DNA of 64,000 bases from Chlamydiales bacterium. Lineage in GTDB: Bacteria; Chlamydiota; Chlamydiia; Chlamydiales; JBDQID01. Location of the stretch: positions 12,408 to 76,407 of the forward strand of contig JBLFWS010000001.1 of assembly GCA_047611865.1 (NCBI GenBank). Direction: 5' to 3'. The notes under the pieces were generated by a model. It worked only from the letters and a program-made list of their open reading frames with translations, was not told where the DNA came from and did no database searches. The position numbers and the translations under genes were made by a program. Positions 9,191 through 17,711 of the stretch are shown piece after piece; position 1 is the first letter of the stretch, and each line of letters begins with the position of its first letter.

Positions 9191-9790
9191 ATGGAACTTG
9201 TACTAGCCACAAGCAACCTCCACAAGGTTCGCGAGTTCCGTGAAATGCTCGATCCAATTAAAAACTTGGATATCCTTTCCCTCATTGATTTCCCTGATTA
9301 CGAGCCTCCTGAGGAAACAGGCAAGACCTTTGAAGACAATGCTCTCATAAAGGCTATGCATGCTTGTCAGGAGTTTAATAAATGCGTTATCGCTGATGAC
9401 TCCGGACTTGTCGTCCCATCTCTTGGGAATGAACCCGGAGTTTATTCCGCACGCTATGCCGGGGAAAACTGCTCTGATTCAGACAACCGCAATAAACTAT
9501 TAAAAGCTCTTGATGGAAAAGAAGGTGCCGAAAGAATGGCATACTTCGAATGCTGTATTGTCATGGTCCAGCCGGACAAACAAGCAAAGAGTGTCAGTGC
9601 GATCTGCGAAGGCTCTATTATTTCTAAAGAGCAAGGGGGGAATGGTTTTGGCTATGATCCCCTTTTCCTAAAGGACGGATATACCAAAACTTTTGCTGAA
9701 CTTACAGAAGCAACTAAAAACCGAATCTCTCATCGTAGAAAGGCGTTTGACAAGTTCTTATTACTTCTTGAGCCTCTCTTAAAAAATTGA
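9191..9790 (+). CDS. rdgB: dITP/XTP pyrophosphatase (RdgB/HAM1 family)
   Basis: MELVLATSNLHKVREF..., DDSGL..., FGYDPLF..., SHRRKA: the standard HAM1 motifs. Confidence 0.85.
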   Translation: MELVLATSNLHKVREFREMLDPIKNLDILSLIDFPDYEPPEETGKTFEDNALIKAMHACQEFNKCVIADDSGLVVPSLGNEPGVYSARYAGENCSDSDNRNKLLKALDGKEGAERMAYFECCIVMVQPDKQAKSVSAICEGSIISKEQGGNGFGYDPLFLKDGYTKTFAELTEATKNRISHRRKAFDKFLLLLEPLLKN

Positions 9791-9803
9791 TCCACATAGG
9801 TTC

Positions 9804-10406
9804 ATGCATTACTTTATTGATGGTTACAACCTTCTTTTACGCTTTTCAACAGATGACCATTCCTTTCAAAGTGATCGTGAACAATTCATTTCTGATCTTA
9901 ATGAAACAGCTAAGTTTCTCAACCTAGATATAACTATCGTCTTTGATGCAGCTTACACGACAAACGATCTTAGCCGCTCACACTTTGATAGTGTAGAATT
10001 GATTTTTACCGGAGAGAGTGAAACTGCCGATGATTATATCCTCGACGCCCTCCAGCTCCTGGACAACCCTCGTAAGGAACTTGTTGTTACTTCAGACAAA
10101 GGCCTTGCCAGAAGATGTCGAAGCTTAGGAGCCCATACCCAAAGTGTTCATGACTTTATCAACTGGATCAGTAATCGAAATCAGAAAAAGTCTTCCAAAA
10201 AACAAAACCAAAGCAAACAAAAACATCTTCCTCCTTCTTCTCAGAAAATAAACAAAACTCAAAAGCCCTTAAACGACGAGCCCCTCCTAAGGTCTGTAGA
10301 GTTTCTCCCTCCTGTGAAGGATGGCGCAGCCTACACAGAGCGCTTTCAATACTACCTTGAAATTTTCGAAAAGAGATTCCGAGACAATACACAGGAAGAC
10401 AAATAG
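9804..10406 (+). CDS. YacP-like NYN/PIN-type RNA-binding nuclease domain protein
   Basis: The N-terminus MHYFIDGYNLL and the TADDYI...VVTSD pattern are typical of the NYN_YacP family. The C-terminus is Lys/Gln-rich. Confidence 0.7.
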   Translation: MHYFIDGYNLLLRFSTDDHSFQSDREQFISDLNETAKFLNLDITIVFDAAYTTNDLSRSHFDSVELIFTGESETADDYILDALQLLDNPRKELVVTSDKGLARRCRSLGAHTQSVHDFINWISNRNQKKSSKKQNQSKQKHLPPSSQKINKTQKPLNDEPLLRSVEFLPPVKDGAAYTERFQYYLEIFEKRFRDNTQEDK

Positions 10407-10412
10407 GCAGCT

Positions 10413-12842
10413 CTAATCTTCACTCTGCAGCGAAGAGCGGAACTTCCTAATAAATTCAGTACAGAGTCTTTCATATGAAAAACGCTCTTGAACAAGCTTT
10501 TTGAGGTTACGTCCTATTTCTTCCCTCAGCTCTGGTCTTTCCAGGTAAAACTGACATTTCTCTAAAAGCTCGCTTGGGGAAGAAAAATAGTCAAAGTGCT
10601 CCCCTGGAATAAATTCTTTTGCCATTTTACACCAAGCCAGTTCTTCCGGGACATGGAATACCAGAAAAAATGCCTCACACATTCCTCCCTCCAATATCCG
10701 TGGGTGATGTTCTGACCAAGGGTTTATTGATAAATTAATTTTGTTTTTAAGAAAACGCGACTGGTATTCTTCTCGGGTTTCTGCATGCCCCAAGCAGTGT
10801 TGTTTCAAATGGGAGAAACCCTCCCAGTTCTTCCCGGTAACACCCAGTGTATACTTCTCATGATGGAGCAGGTCTATATAATAATAACTAAGCTGAGTGT
10901 GGTAAAAGGAGAGTAGAGATTCCTGTTGCACCCTTTTTTTTCCCCAAGAAAGAACTTCCTCAACAGCTATTGCCCCTTGTCCCCTGACAGTATAAAAAAT
11001 CTTGTTTTCAAAAAAATCTGCTACAGGCTTTTCTTTCTCTTCGTCAAACCCTGGAAAATCCCTAAGATGCTTGTCTTTATCCATGGTTTTAACAAAACCA
11101 ATATCTATTGATTTCTCTTCCGCTATACCTTTCAAGTCAATTACAGCATTCGTGGTTGGGATATGGTCACAGAGTAATTGCGAGGGCTTTGCTCCAGCAT
11201 TGCAATATTGCTGTATAAACTCCTCGACCCAGAAGAAAATAATATCATGTCTGTTTATAGGTGTTCTTGTAAGAAGCTCAACACACTCAAAATGAGGAGT
11301 AAGATCCTGTATGGAATAAATAGTTGGAAGATCTTTTCCAAAGTCAATTTCACCATCATATTTTAATGTATTTGGACTTCTAATAAACAAATCTGGCTTA
11401 TAACGGTCTACGTCTATAATGGAGGCATACTCCAAATCAATTGAACCACCATGGCAAGGATCATGCACAAACACTTCACATCCCAGACTCTTGAAACTCT
11501 CAGCACAGCCATCTGTGTAGCGCTTTACAGCAACAGAATCACAAGCTCTCTCAAGATATACTCGTGGTAATTCTCCTTGAGCGATACTCTTCAAACGATT
11601 TTGAAATACATCACCCTTGTAATATTCTTTTATCGACTCCCTACCTTTCGAAAATATTTGTAGGTAGTCAATCACTCCCTGAAAAACGACTGCTGATACC
11701 TCTCTTGCTAAGGCACTCTTTTTATCACTCGTCACCACAGTCTTACACAAGTTTAGAGGAGACCTTGGATTTTCAAATTCTTTCTCCAAAAGACTCTTCC
11801 ATTCATCCACATACCAAATCTTTATAAGGCCTTCTTTGATCGCCTCTTGACACTCACTAATAGCAAGAAAATCCCTCACCAGATCGGGAAAAGAAAATAT
11901 TATCAATATGCTATTTTTTTGAACTCTTTGCCTTTGAAAAAACTGAACAAGATATTCTTTTCCAGGAACAATATCAACAAACACCATAATGGGTAGATGG
12001 CTTTCATCAAGCGCCCCATCGTATAAATATTTCTCTCGACTCTCTGAGTCAGAACTCAGCAATGCATTCTGGCCACATTTACTTAGATAACTTATGTTTT
12101 TCAAGCCTCCCCTTAAGTTCTCATAGTAATTTACCGCTGTCTTAATTCTGCTGTACTTCACAACATTGGGAAGCTTTTTCTCTGGATTTTTCTTCAAGGC
12201 ACAATTAGACAAACTCTCTACAAAAGTAGGCGTATGAACTTCTGACCCCATAAATTCTAATATATCCGGAAGCCGTGCTGGGATATCTTCATACTCAACC
12301 TGGAAATATTTATGGGCGTGAAGTTGTAATTTAGTGAAAAACTGATCGTTCTTATACAAAGCCCCCAGTACGTCTGTACATTGTCTGGAAGACAACTTAA
12401 TTTCTTCACTTCTTGAATTATCCCGACTATCTCGAATTTTTTGAAGAATCGGAGGAAGTTTTCTCTTCTCATCCCTTTCTATTACATGCCCTTGATTCTG
12501 GATAATGGACTTCAGAATATCCCGATAGTTCCTGTGCACATGGATAAGAAGAATGCTCGGATCGATAATATTTTTTAAATTCGAGTAATCTTCATCAGAA
12601 TAGACCTGAGGATCTAACAACATTTTCGACCCAACGATTGAACCTTTCGAATACGTCCCTTTTAAATATTCCGAAAGAGCAAAAGTGCCCTTATCCATTT
12701 TTACGCGGAAACACTCCTCATCGCTTCTTGACATCCATCTAAGCTCTTCATCACACACAATACCTTCGCTACCTGCAAGAATTGATTGCAGCCATGTAGC
12801 TCCACAACGAACATTTCCTACTACAAGAAATTTAGTAATCAC
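10413..12842 (-). CDS. Sulfotransferase-like / CgeB-like glycosyltransferase fusion protein, paralog 1 (809 aa)
   Basis: N-terminal VGNVRCGATWLQ (PAPS 5'-phosphosulfate-loop-like) and IHVHRNYRDILKS (3'-phosphate RxxxDxxxS-like). C-terminal NKINLSINPW..HPRILEGG..FFLV..HFDYF..ERFSYERLC (Glyco_trans_1_2/CgeB-like). Confidence 0.6.
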   Translation of the reverse strand: MITKFLVVGNVRCGATWLQSILAGSEGIVCDEELRWMSRSDEECFRVKMDKGTFALSEYLKGTYSKGSIVGSKMLLDPQVYSDEDYSNLKNIIDPSILLIHVHRNYRDILKSIIQNQGHVIERDEKRKLPPILQKIRDSRDNSRSEEIKLSSRQCTDVLGALYKNDQFFTKLQLHAHKYFQVEYEDIPARLPDILEFMGSEVHTPTFVESLSNCALKKNPEKKLPNVVKYSRIKTAVNYYENLRGGLKNISYLSKCGQNALLSSDSESREKYLYDGALDESHLPIMVFVDIVPGKEYLVQFFQRQRVQKNSILIIFSFPDLVRDFLAISECQEAIKEGLIKIWYVDEWKSLLEKEFENPRSPLNLCKTVVTSDKKSALAREVSAVVFQGVIDYLQIFSKGRESIKEYYKGDVFQNRLKSIAQGELPRVYLERACDSVAVKRYTDGCAESFKSLGCEVFVHDPCHGGSIDLEYASIIDVDRYKPDLFIRSPNTLKYDGEIDFGKDLPTIYSIQDLTPHFECVELLTRTPINRHDIIFFWVEEFIQQYCNAGAKPSQLLCDHIPTTNAVIDLKGIAEEKSIDIGFVKTMDKDKHLRDFPGFDEEKEKPVADFFENKIFYTVRGQGAIAVEEVLSWGKKRVQQESLLSFYHTQLSYYYIDLLHHEKYTLGVTGKNWEGFSHLKQHCLGHAETREEYQSRFLKNKINLSINPWSEHHPRILEGGMCEAFFLVFHVPEELAWCKMAKEFIPGEHFDYFSSPSELLEKCQFYLERPELREEIGRNLKKLVQERFSYERLCTEFIRKFRSSLQSED

Positions 12843-15277
12843 GACTCATTTCCTTTTTCTATCGATGATCTAAAACGTATCAAAAACTCCGAACATAGCT
12901 TTGTATAGGAAAAATGTTCTTGAACCAATTTTCTAAGATTTTGGCCTATCTGTTTACGTAATTTTTCATTATCCAAATAATAACAACATTTTTCTTTTAA
13001 CTCCTCCGGCGTAGAGAAATAATCGAAATGTGTTCCTGGAATCATTTCATCAGGCATTCTACAAGAGGTGAGCTCTTCCGGAACTTTGAATACAAGAAAG
13101 AATGCACCACAAACCCCTCCTTCAAAAACCCTTGGATGAAACCGATCCCAAGGGTTTATAGACAAATTAATCTTATTGCTTAAGAAACGCATTTGATAGT
13201 CTTCCCTACTTTCTGCGTGCCCCAAACAATATCTTTTTAACCCTGGGATGAGGTCCCAATTGGCCCCTGACAAACCTAATTCAAAGCCTTCTTTCCTAAG
13301 AAACTCAATATATTTCAAACTAAATTTGCTATGATAATAAGAAAGAAGAGTCTCTTCCTGAATTCTGTCCAGTCCCCATGCTGCTACCCGCATGGGGTCA
13401 ATGGCCCCTTCAGTTTCAACTGTGTCCAAAATTTTCTCTTCTAAACGATCAGCTTGTTTTCTCTCCTCATCTGTTTCCGCCTCAAAAAGATCTCTTACAT
13501 GCCTATATGGGAATAGGGTTTTAACATATGCCACTTCAACATTTTCATTAGCTTTAAAAAGTTCAACGTCAAACTTTGCCTCCTCTGCCGGAATAAAACC
13601 CTTAAGCAGTTGTGACTCTTTTGCACCTGCATCAATGTATATCTTATGAAAGTCTGGGAGCAGGAAAAACAAGATGTCGTGCTTAGAAAGAGGTGATTTC
13701 TCTAAATACCTGGCGCAATCGAGATGTGGTCCTCGATCTTGAAGAGAATATAGAGAGGGCACTCCTTGATAAAATACCATGTCTTGATATCCCTTAACAA
13801 TATTCGGGCTACGAACTATCAAGTCTGGCTTAAAGCTCGCCACCTCTATTTCAGAAGAGAACACTAAATCGATTGCCCCTCCGGAACAAGGCTTATGAAC
13901 AAATACCTCATGACCGAGCTTCCTAAAAGACTCTGCACAATTATCTGTAAAACGTTTTACAGCTATTGATGTACAGGCCCTCTCAAAATACAATCTGAGT
14001 TTCTCTCCTTTCTGAATATTTTTCAGCCGCTTTTGAAAAGCCGTACTTTGATAATACTCTTCGATAATTTTTCGCGCTGCTGAATGACGTTTTACAAAAT
14101 TTTCCCGTCCCTGAAGCAAAGCCGCACGAATATAACTCTCTAAAGGATGATTTCTCTGCACTACGATATTATTGCAGCATGGGAGGGGAGAACGGAGGTT
14201 TTCCAACTCTTGAATAAATTTCTTATCCCATTCTGATATATGCCAAAGCTTAATATTCCCCTGAGAGATAAGCTTTTTGTAACTACTATGGAGTAATATC
14301 TCCTTCACAACTGATATATTAGAGAATATTATGACAATACTTACCGGGTCCTTCCCGAGGACATCTTCTTTAAAAAATTTCTCTAAAAACTCATGACTCG
14401 GAAGAATATCGACAAAAACACTTACGGGGAAGTGGTTGTTTCCTAAAGGTTGTTGGTAAACTTTAACTTCTGAGTTGAAAATTTCTGTATCCCCTAGAGA
14501 ACTCCTTGCCTCCTCGCTAATATAATTTATATTCAAAAGAAAGGTTCGAAGGCCTTCGTATGCCCTTAGAAAATTCTGTGTCTTTGAATACTTCAATACA
14601 CTCGGTTCTTTCATTTTAGGTAGTTTTTTCAGCTCACTAGCTGCAATTAGCTTCGGCGCCTGCGTTGCATAGGTTTCGACCCCTATAAATTTAAGTATAT
14701 TTGGCAATTGCTCCTGAATCTCTTCATATTCTATAGCTAAATACTTACTCCTGTCCTTTTGAATCAAAGAAATCCTGTTGTCATTCTGATACAATGCTGC
14801 AGTGATCGCTTCACACTCTTTTACAGAAAACTTTTGCTCCCTCTTAGGAGAGTCCTTTTGCAATTCTAAAATCCCCTGCAAAACATTGGAGGGTTGAGCA
14901 GGAAGATGCTTGGAAATCCTGTATCCCTGATTCTGTATTATAGATTTCAGTATATCTTTGTAATTCCTCTGTATATGTACAATACGTGTATCTGAATCCA
15001 CTGACCCCAAGAATTTTGACAAATCTTCATCGTCATACCTTTGGGGATCAAGAAGAAGTTTGGAGCCTACAATCTCTGCGAATGCTTCCTTTGTGCCTAG
15101 GTATTCAGAAACGTCAAAAGACCCCTGTTCTATATGTACTCGATGTTTTGAAGAGGAAGCACTAGATCGCCATCTCAATTCTTCACCGCAAGAAATTTGA
15201 TCACTTTTGGAAAGCAGGCTTTGTAACCAAGTAGCTCCACAGCGAACGTTGCCCACTATCAGAAATTTAACTTTCAC
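12839..15277 (-). CDS. Sulfotransferase-like / CgeB-like glycosyltransferase fusion protein, paralog 2 (812 aa)
   Basis: Same conserved blocks as paralog 1 (VGNVRCGATWLQ; IHIQRNYKDILKS; NKINLSINPW; RVFEGG; HFDYF). It overlaps paralog 1 by 4 nt. Confidence 0.6.
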   Translation of the reverse strand: MKVKFLIVGNVRCGATWLQSLLSKSDQISCGEELRWRSSASSSKHRVHIEQGSFDVSEYLGTKEAFAEIVGSKLLLDPQRYDDEDLSKFLGSVDSDTRIVHIQRNYKDILKSIIQNQGYRISKHLPAQPSNVLQGILELQKDSPKREQKFSVKECEAITAALYQNDNRISLIQKDRSKYLAIEYEEIQEQLPNILKFIGVETYATQAPKLIAASELKKLPKMKEPSVLKYSKTQNFLRAYEGLRTFLLNINYISEEARSSLGDTEIFNSEVKVYQQPLGNNHFPVSVFVDILPSHEFLEKFFKEDVLGKDPVSIVIIFSNISVVKEILLHSSYKKLISQGNIKLWHISEWDKKFIQELENLRSPLPCCNNIVVQRNHPLESYIRAALLQGRENFVKRHSAARKIIEEYYQSTAFQKRLKNIQKGEKLRLYFERACTSIAVKRFTDNCAESFRKLGHEVFVHKPCSGGAIDLVFSSEIEVASFKPDLIVRSPNIVKGYQDMVFYQGVPSLYSLQDRGPHLDCARYLEKSPLSKHDILFFLLPDFHKIYIDAGAKESQLLKGFIPAEEAKFDVELFKANENVEVAYVKTLFPYRHVRDLFEAETDEERKQADRLEEKILDTVETEGAIDPMRVAAWGLDRIQEETLLSYYHSKFSLKYIEFLRKEGFELGLSGANWDLIPGLKRYCLGHAESREDYQMRFLSNKINLSINPWDRFHPRVFEGGVCGAFFLVFKVPEELTSCRMPDEMIPGTHFDYFSTPEELKEKCCYYLDNEKLRKQIGQNLRKLVQEHFSYTKLCSEFLIRFRSSIEKGNES

Positions 15278-17711
15278 AATAGCTTCCTTTCTCGATCAAT
15301 GTTTTAAAACGATTCAAAAACTCAGAGCATAATCTTTTATAAGAAAACCTCTTTTTAACTAATTCTCTTAAATTGTTTCCTATTTTACTCCTCAGATCCG
15401 GCCTTGCTAAGTAATATCTGCTTTTTTCCAGCAATTCTTCTGAAGAAGAAAAGTAGTCAAAATGCTCTCCTGAAACAAGTTCTTCGGCCATCCTTGAATC
15501 CACAACTTCATCAGCAACCTTATAGACCAAAAAGAATGCGCCACAACTCCCCCCCTCTAAAATACGTAAATGGTGTTCGCTCCATGGGTTAATAGAAAGG
15601 TTAATTTTATTACGAAGAAACCTTTGGTGATATTCTTCTCTATTCTCTGAATGCCCTAAACTATATTTCTTAAGACTGGGAATCTTGTCCCAATTCTTTC
15701 CTGTTAAACCCAAGCTATACTTTTCTCTGTTGAGTAATTTTATAAAGTATGCACTAAGTTGCCTGTGATAATAAGAAAGCAGCTTCTCTTGCTCCTCCCG
15801 ATCTCTCCCCCATGACATAACTTCTGAGCGAAGTGTTCCTTTGGCTGAACGCACTCGCTGTAAAATCAATTCCTCAAGCTCTTTCACCTCTGATATATCT
15901 TTTTCATCCTTGCACACAATAATTTCAGTAAGCGATAAACTTGCACCCATTGTTTTTACATAACCGATATCAAACATCTCATCTTCACTAGGCACGGAAA
16001 TTTCTTTTTTCGGCATCCTTGTAGGCAAATAGTCACAAATCATCTGTAATTCGGGTACTCCTGAAACTAAATACGCTTCTTTAAAACCTGGTAAGAGAAA
16101 ATAAAGCAGGTCATGCTTATTCAAAGGCTCTTGTGCCAAATTGTGAGCTGCGTCGAAATGAGGACCTACATCCTGAATTGAGTAAAGAGTGGGTACCTGA
16201 CTAGAAGAGTTTATTGCCCGAAAACCTTTCGTAAAGTTAGGACTTCTGACAAATAAGTCTGGCTTCTCTCGGGACAACTCCAATTCCGTAGCATACATAT
16301 AATCCACCATTCCATAAGAGCAGGGCTCATGCACATAAACCTCGCAGCCCATCTCTTTAAAACACCCTGCACAATAGTCTGTAAAACGCTTAACTGAAAC
16401 TGAGACACAAGTTCTCTCAAGATATATCTTCGGTTTTGTTCCCTTTTGTATTGCATCCAGTCTACTTTGAAATTCCGCACTCTGATAGTAAGCTTCAATA
16501 CCCCTTCTGGATTCTTCTAATTCATTTAAGTAAGCTACTCGCGTCTGATAGATAGTTGTCCGCACTTTATCGGCAAACGGATGTCCTCCCTGCGCAATTA
16601 CTGTATTACAACTGTGTAGGGGAGAACGTAAATTAGATATCTCTCCTTCAAGATTTTCTTCCCATTCCAAAGAATACCAAAGCTTAAGCGTCCCCTTTTC
16701 GATAAAGCGACAGAACCTGTCATCTAAAAGAATCCCTTTAACGACAGCCATAAAAGAAAAAATCACCAGAATATTTAAAGGATACTTCTCTTTTTCCTGT
16801 TGTTCAATAAAACCTTCAAGATACTTTATTGATGGAGAAGTATCCACAAAGACGATTATAGGACCGTGACTCTCTAAGAGAGGAGCATCATATACCGGCA
16901 CTTCTGTCTTGTCATTATGAGTTCGCAAAAGCCCCGCACAAGCTACTTCGCTAAGATAATTCATATTCTTCAACAATAGACGCATTTCTTCATAAGACTG
17001 AAGAAGTTTACGCGTTTTGCTATATCGCAAAATATTTGGAACTTCCTTAGAGGGGAGCTTATTCAATCCACACTTCATCTGAAGGAAATAGAATGGAGGG
17101 GGCGAATATCCCAAGCCAATAAACTTAACTATGTCAGCAAACTTCTTGGAAATTTCACTATAATCTACTTGAAAATAGCGTTGTTTATCTTTTTGTAATC
17201 CAGATAAAAATCGATCATTTGCAAATAAAGCTGATATAATTTCCTCGCACTCCCTCGAAGAAAGTTTTTTCTCCAAGTTCTTATGAATTGCCAAGGTCTC
17301 TGCAATACCCTTTAAGACATTGCTAATTTCTTCACCAGGTCTTGCACTAACGGAATAACCCTGATTTTGTATTATCGATTTTAAGATCTCTTCATAAGGG
17401 CGCTGTATGTGAATTATATTCATACCTGATTCCATAGCTTCCGAGAAAAGCTTCAATTCTCCATCGAAATATTTTCGAGGATCCATTAATAGCTTCGACC
17501 CAACGATTTCAGCTTCACCTGTCTCCTTTTCAAGATATTTAGAAAGATTGAACTCCCCGTCATCTATGCATATCTGATAGCTCAAGGAAGCCACAGAAGA
17601 TGCCCACCTAAGCTCATCATCGCACCGAACTTCCCTCAAAGTATTAAGCATCGCCTGTAGCCAAGTTGCTCCACAACGAATATTGCCTACTATAAGAAAC
17701 TTTTTACTCAC
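15267..17711 (-). CDS. Sulfotransferase-like / CgeB-like glycosyltransferase fusion protein, paralog 3 (814 aa)
   Basis: Same blocks (VGNIRCGATWLQ; IHIQRPYEEILKS; NKINLSINPW; RILEGG; HFDYF). It overlaps paralog 2 by 11 nt. Confidence 0.6.
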   Translation of the reverse strand: MSKKFLIVGNIRCGATWLQAMLNTLREVRCDDELRWASSVASLSYQICIDDGEFNLSKYLEKETGEAEIVGSKLLMDPRKYFDGELKLFSEAMESGMNIIHIQRPYEEILKSIIQNQGYSVSARPGEEISNVLKGIAETLAIHKNLEKKLSSRECEEIISALFANDRFLSGLQKDKQRYFQVDYSEISKKFADIVKFIGLGYSPPPFYFLQMKCGLNKLPSKEVPNILRYSKTRKLLQSYEEMRLLLKNMNYLSEVACAGLLRTHNDKTEVPVYDAPLLESHGPIIVFVDTSPSIKYLEGFIEQQEKEKYPLNILVIFSFMAVVKGILLDDRFCRFIEKGTLKLWYSLEWEENLEGEISNLRSPLHSCNTVIAQGGHPFADKVRTTIYQTRVAYLNELEESRRGIEAYYQSAEFQSRLDAIQKGTKPKIYLERTCVSVSVKRFTDYCAGCFKEMGCEVYVHEPCSYGMVDYMYATELELSREKPDLFVRSPNFTKGFRAINSSSQVPTLYSIQDVGPHFDAAHNLAQEPLNKHDLLYFLLPGFKEAYLVSGVPELQMICDYLPTRMPKKEISVPSEDEMFDIGYVKTMGASLSLTEIIVCKDEKDISEVKELEELILQRVRSAKGTLRSEVMSWGRDREEQEKLLSYYHRQLSAYFIKLLNREKYSLGLTGKNWDKIPSLKKYSLGHSENREEYHQRFLRNKINLSINPWSEHHLRILEGGSCGAFFLVYKVADEVVDSRMAEELVSGEHFDYFSSSEELLEKSRYYLARPDLRSKIGNNLRELVKKRFSYKRLCSEFLNRFKTLIEKGSYCES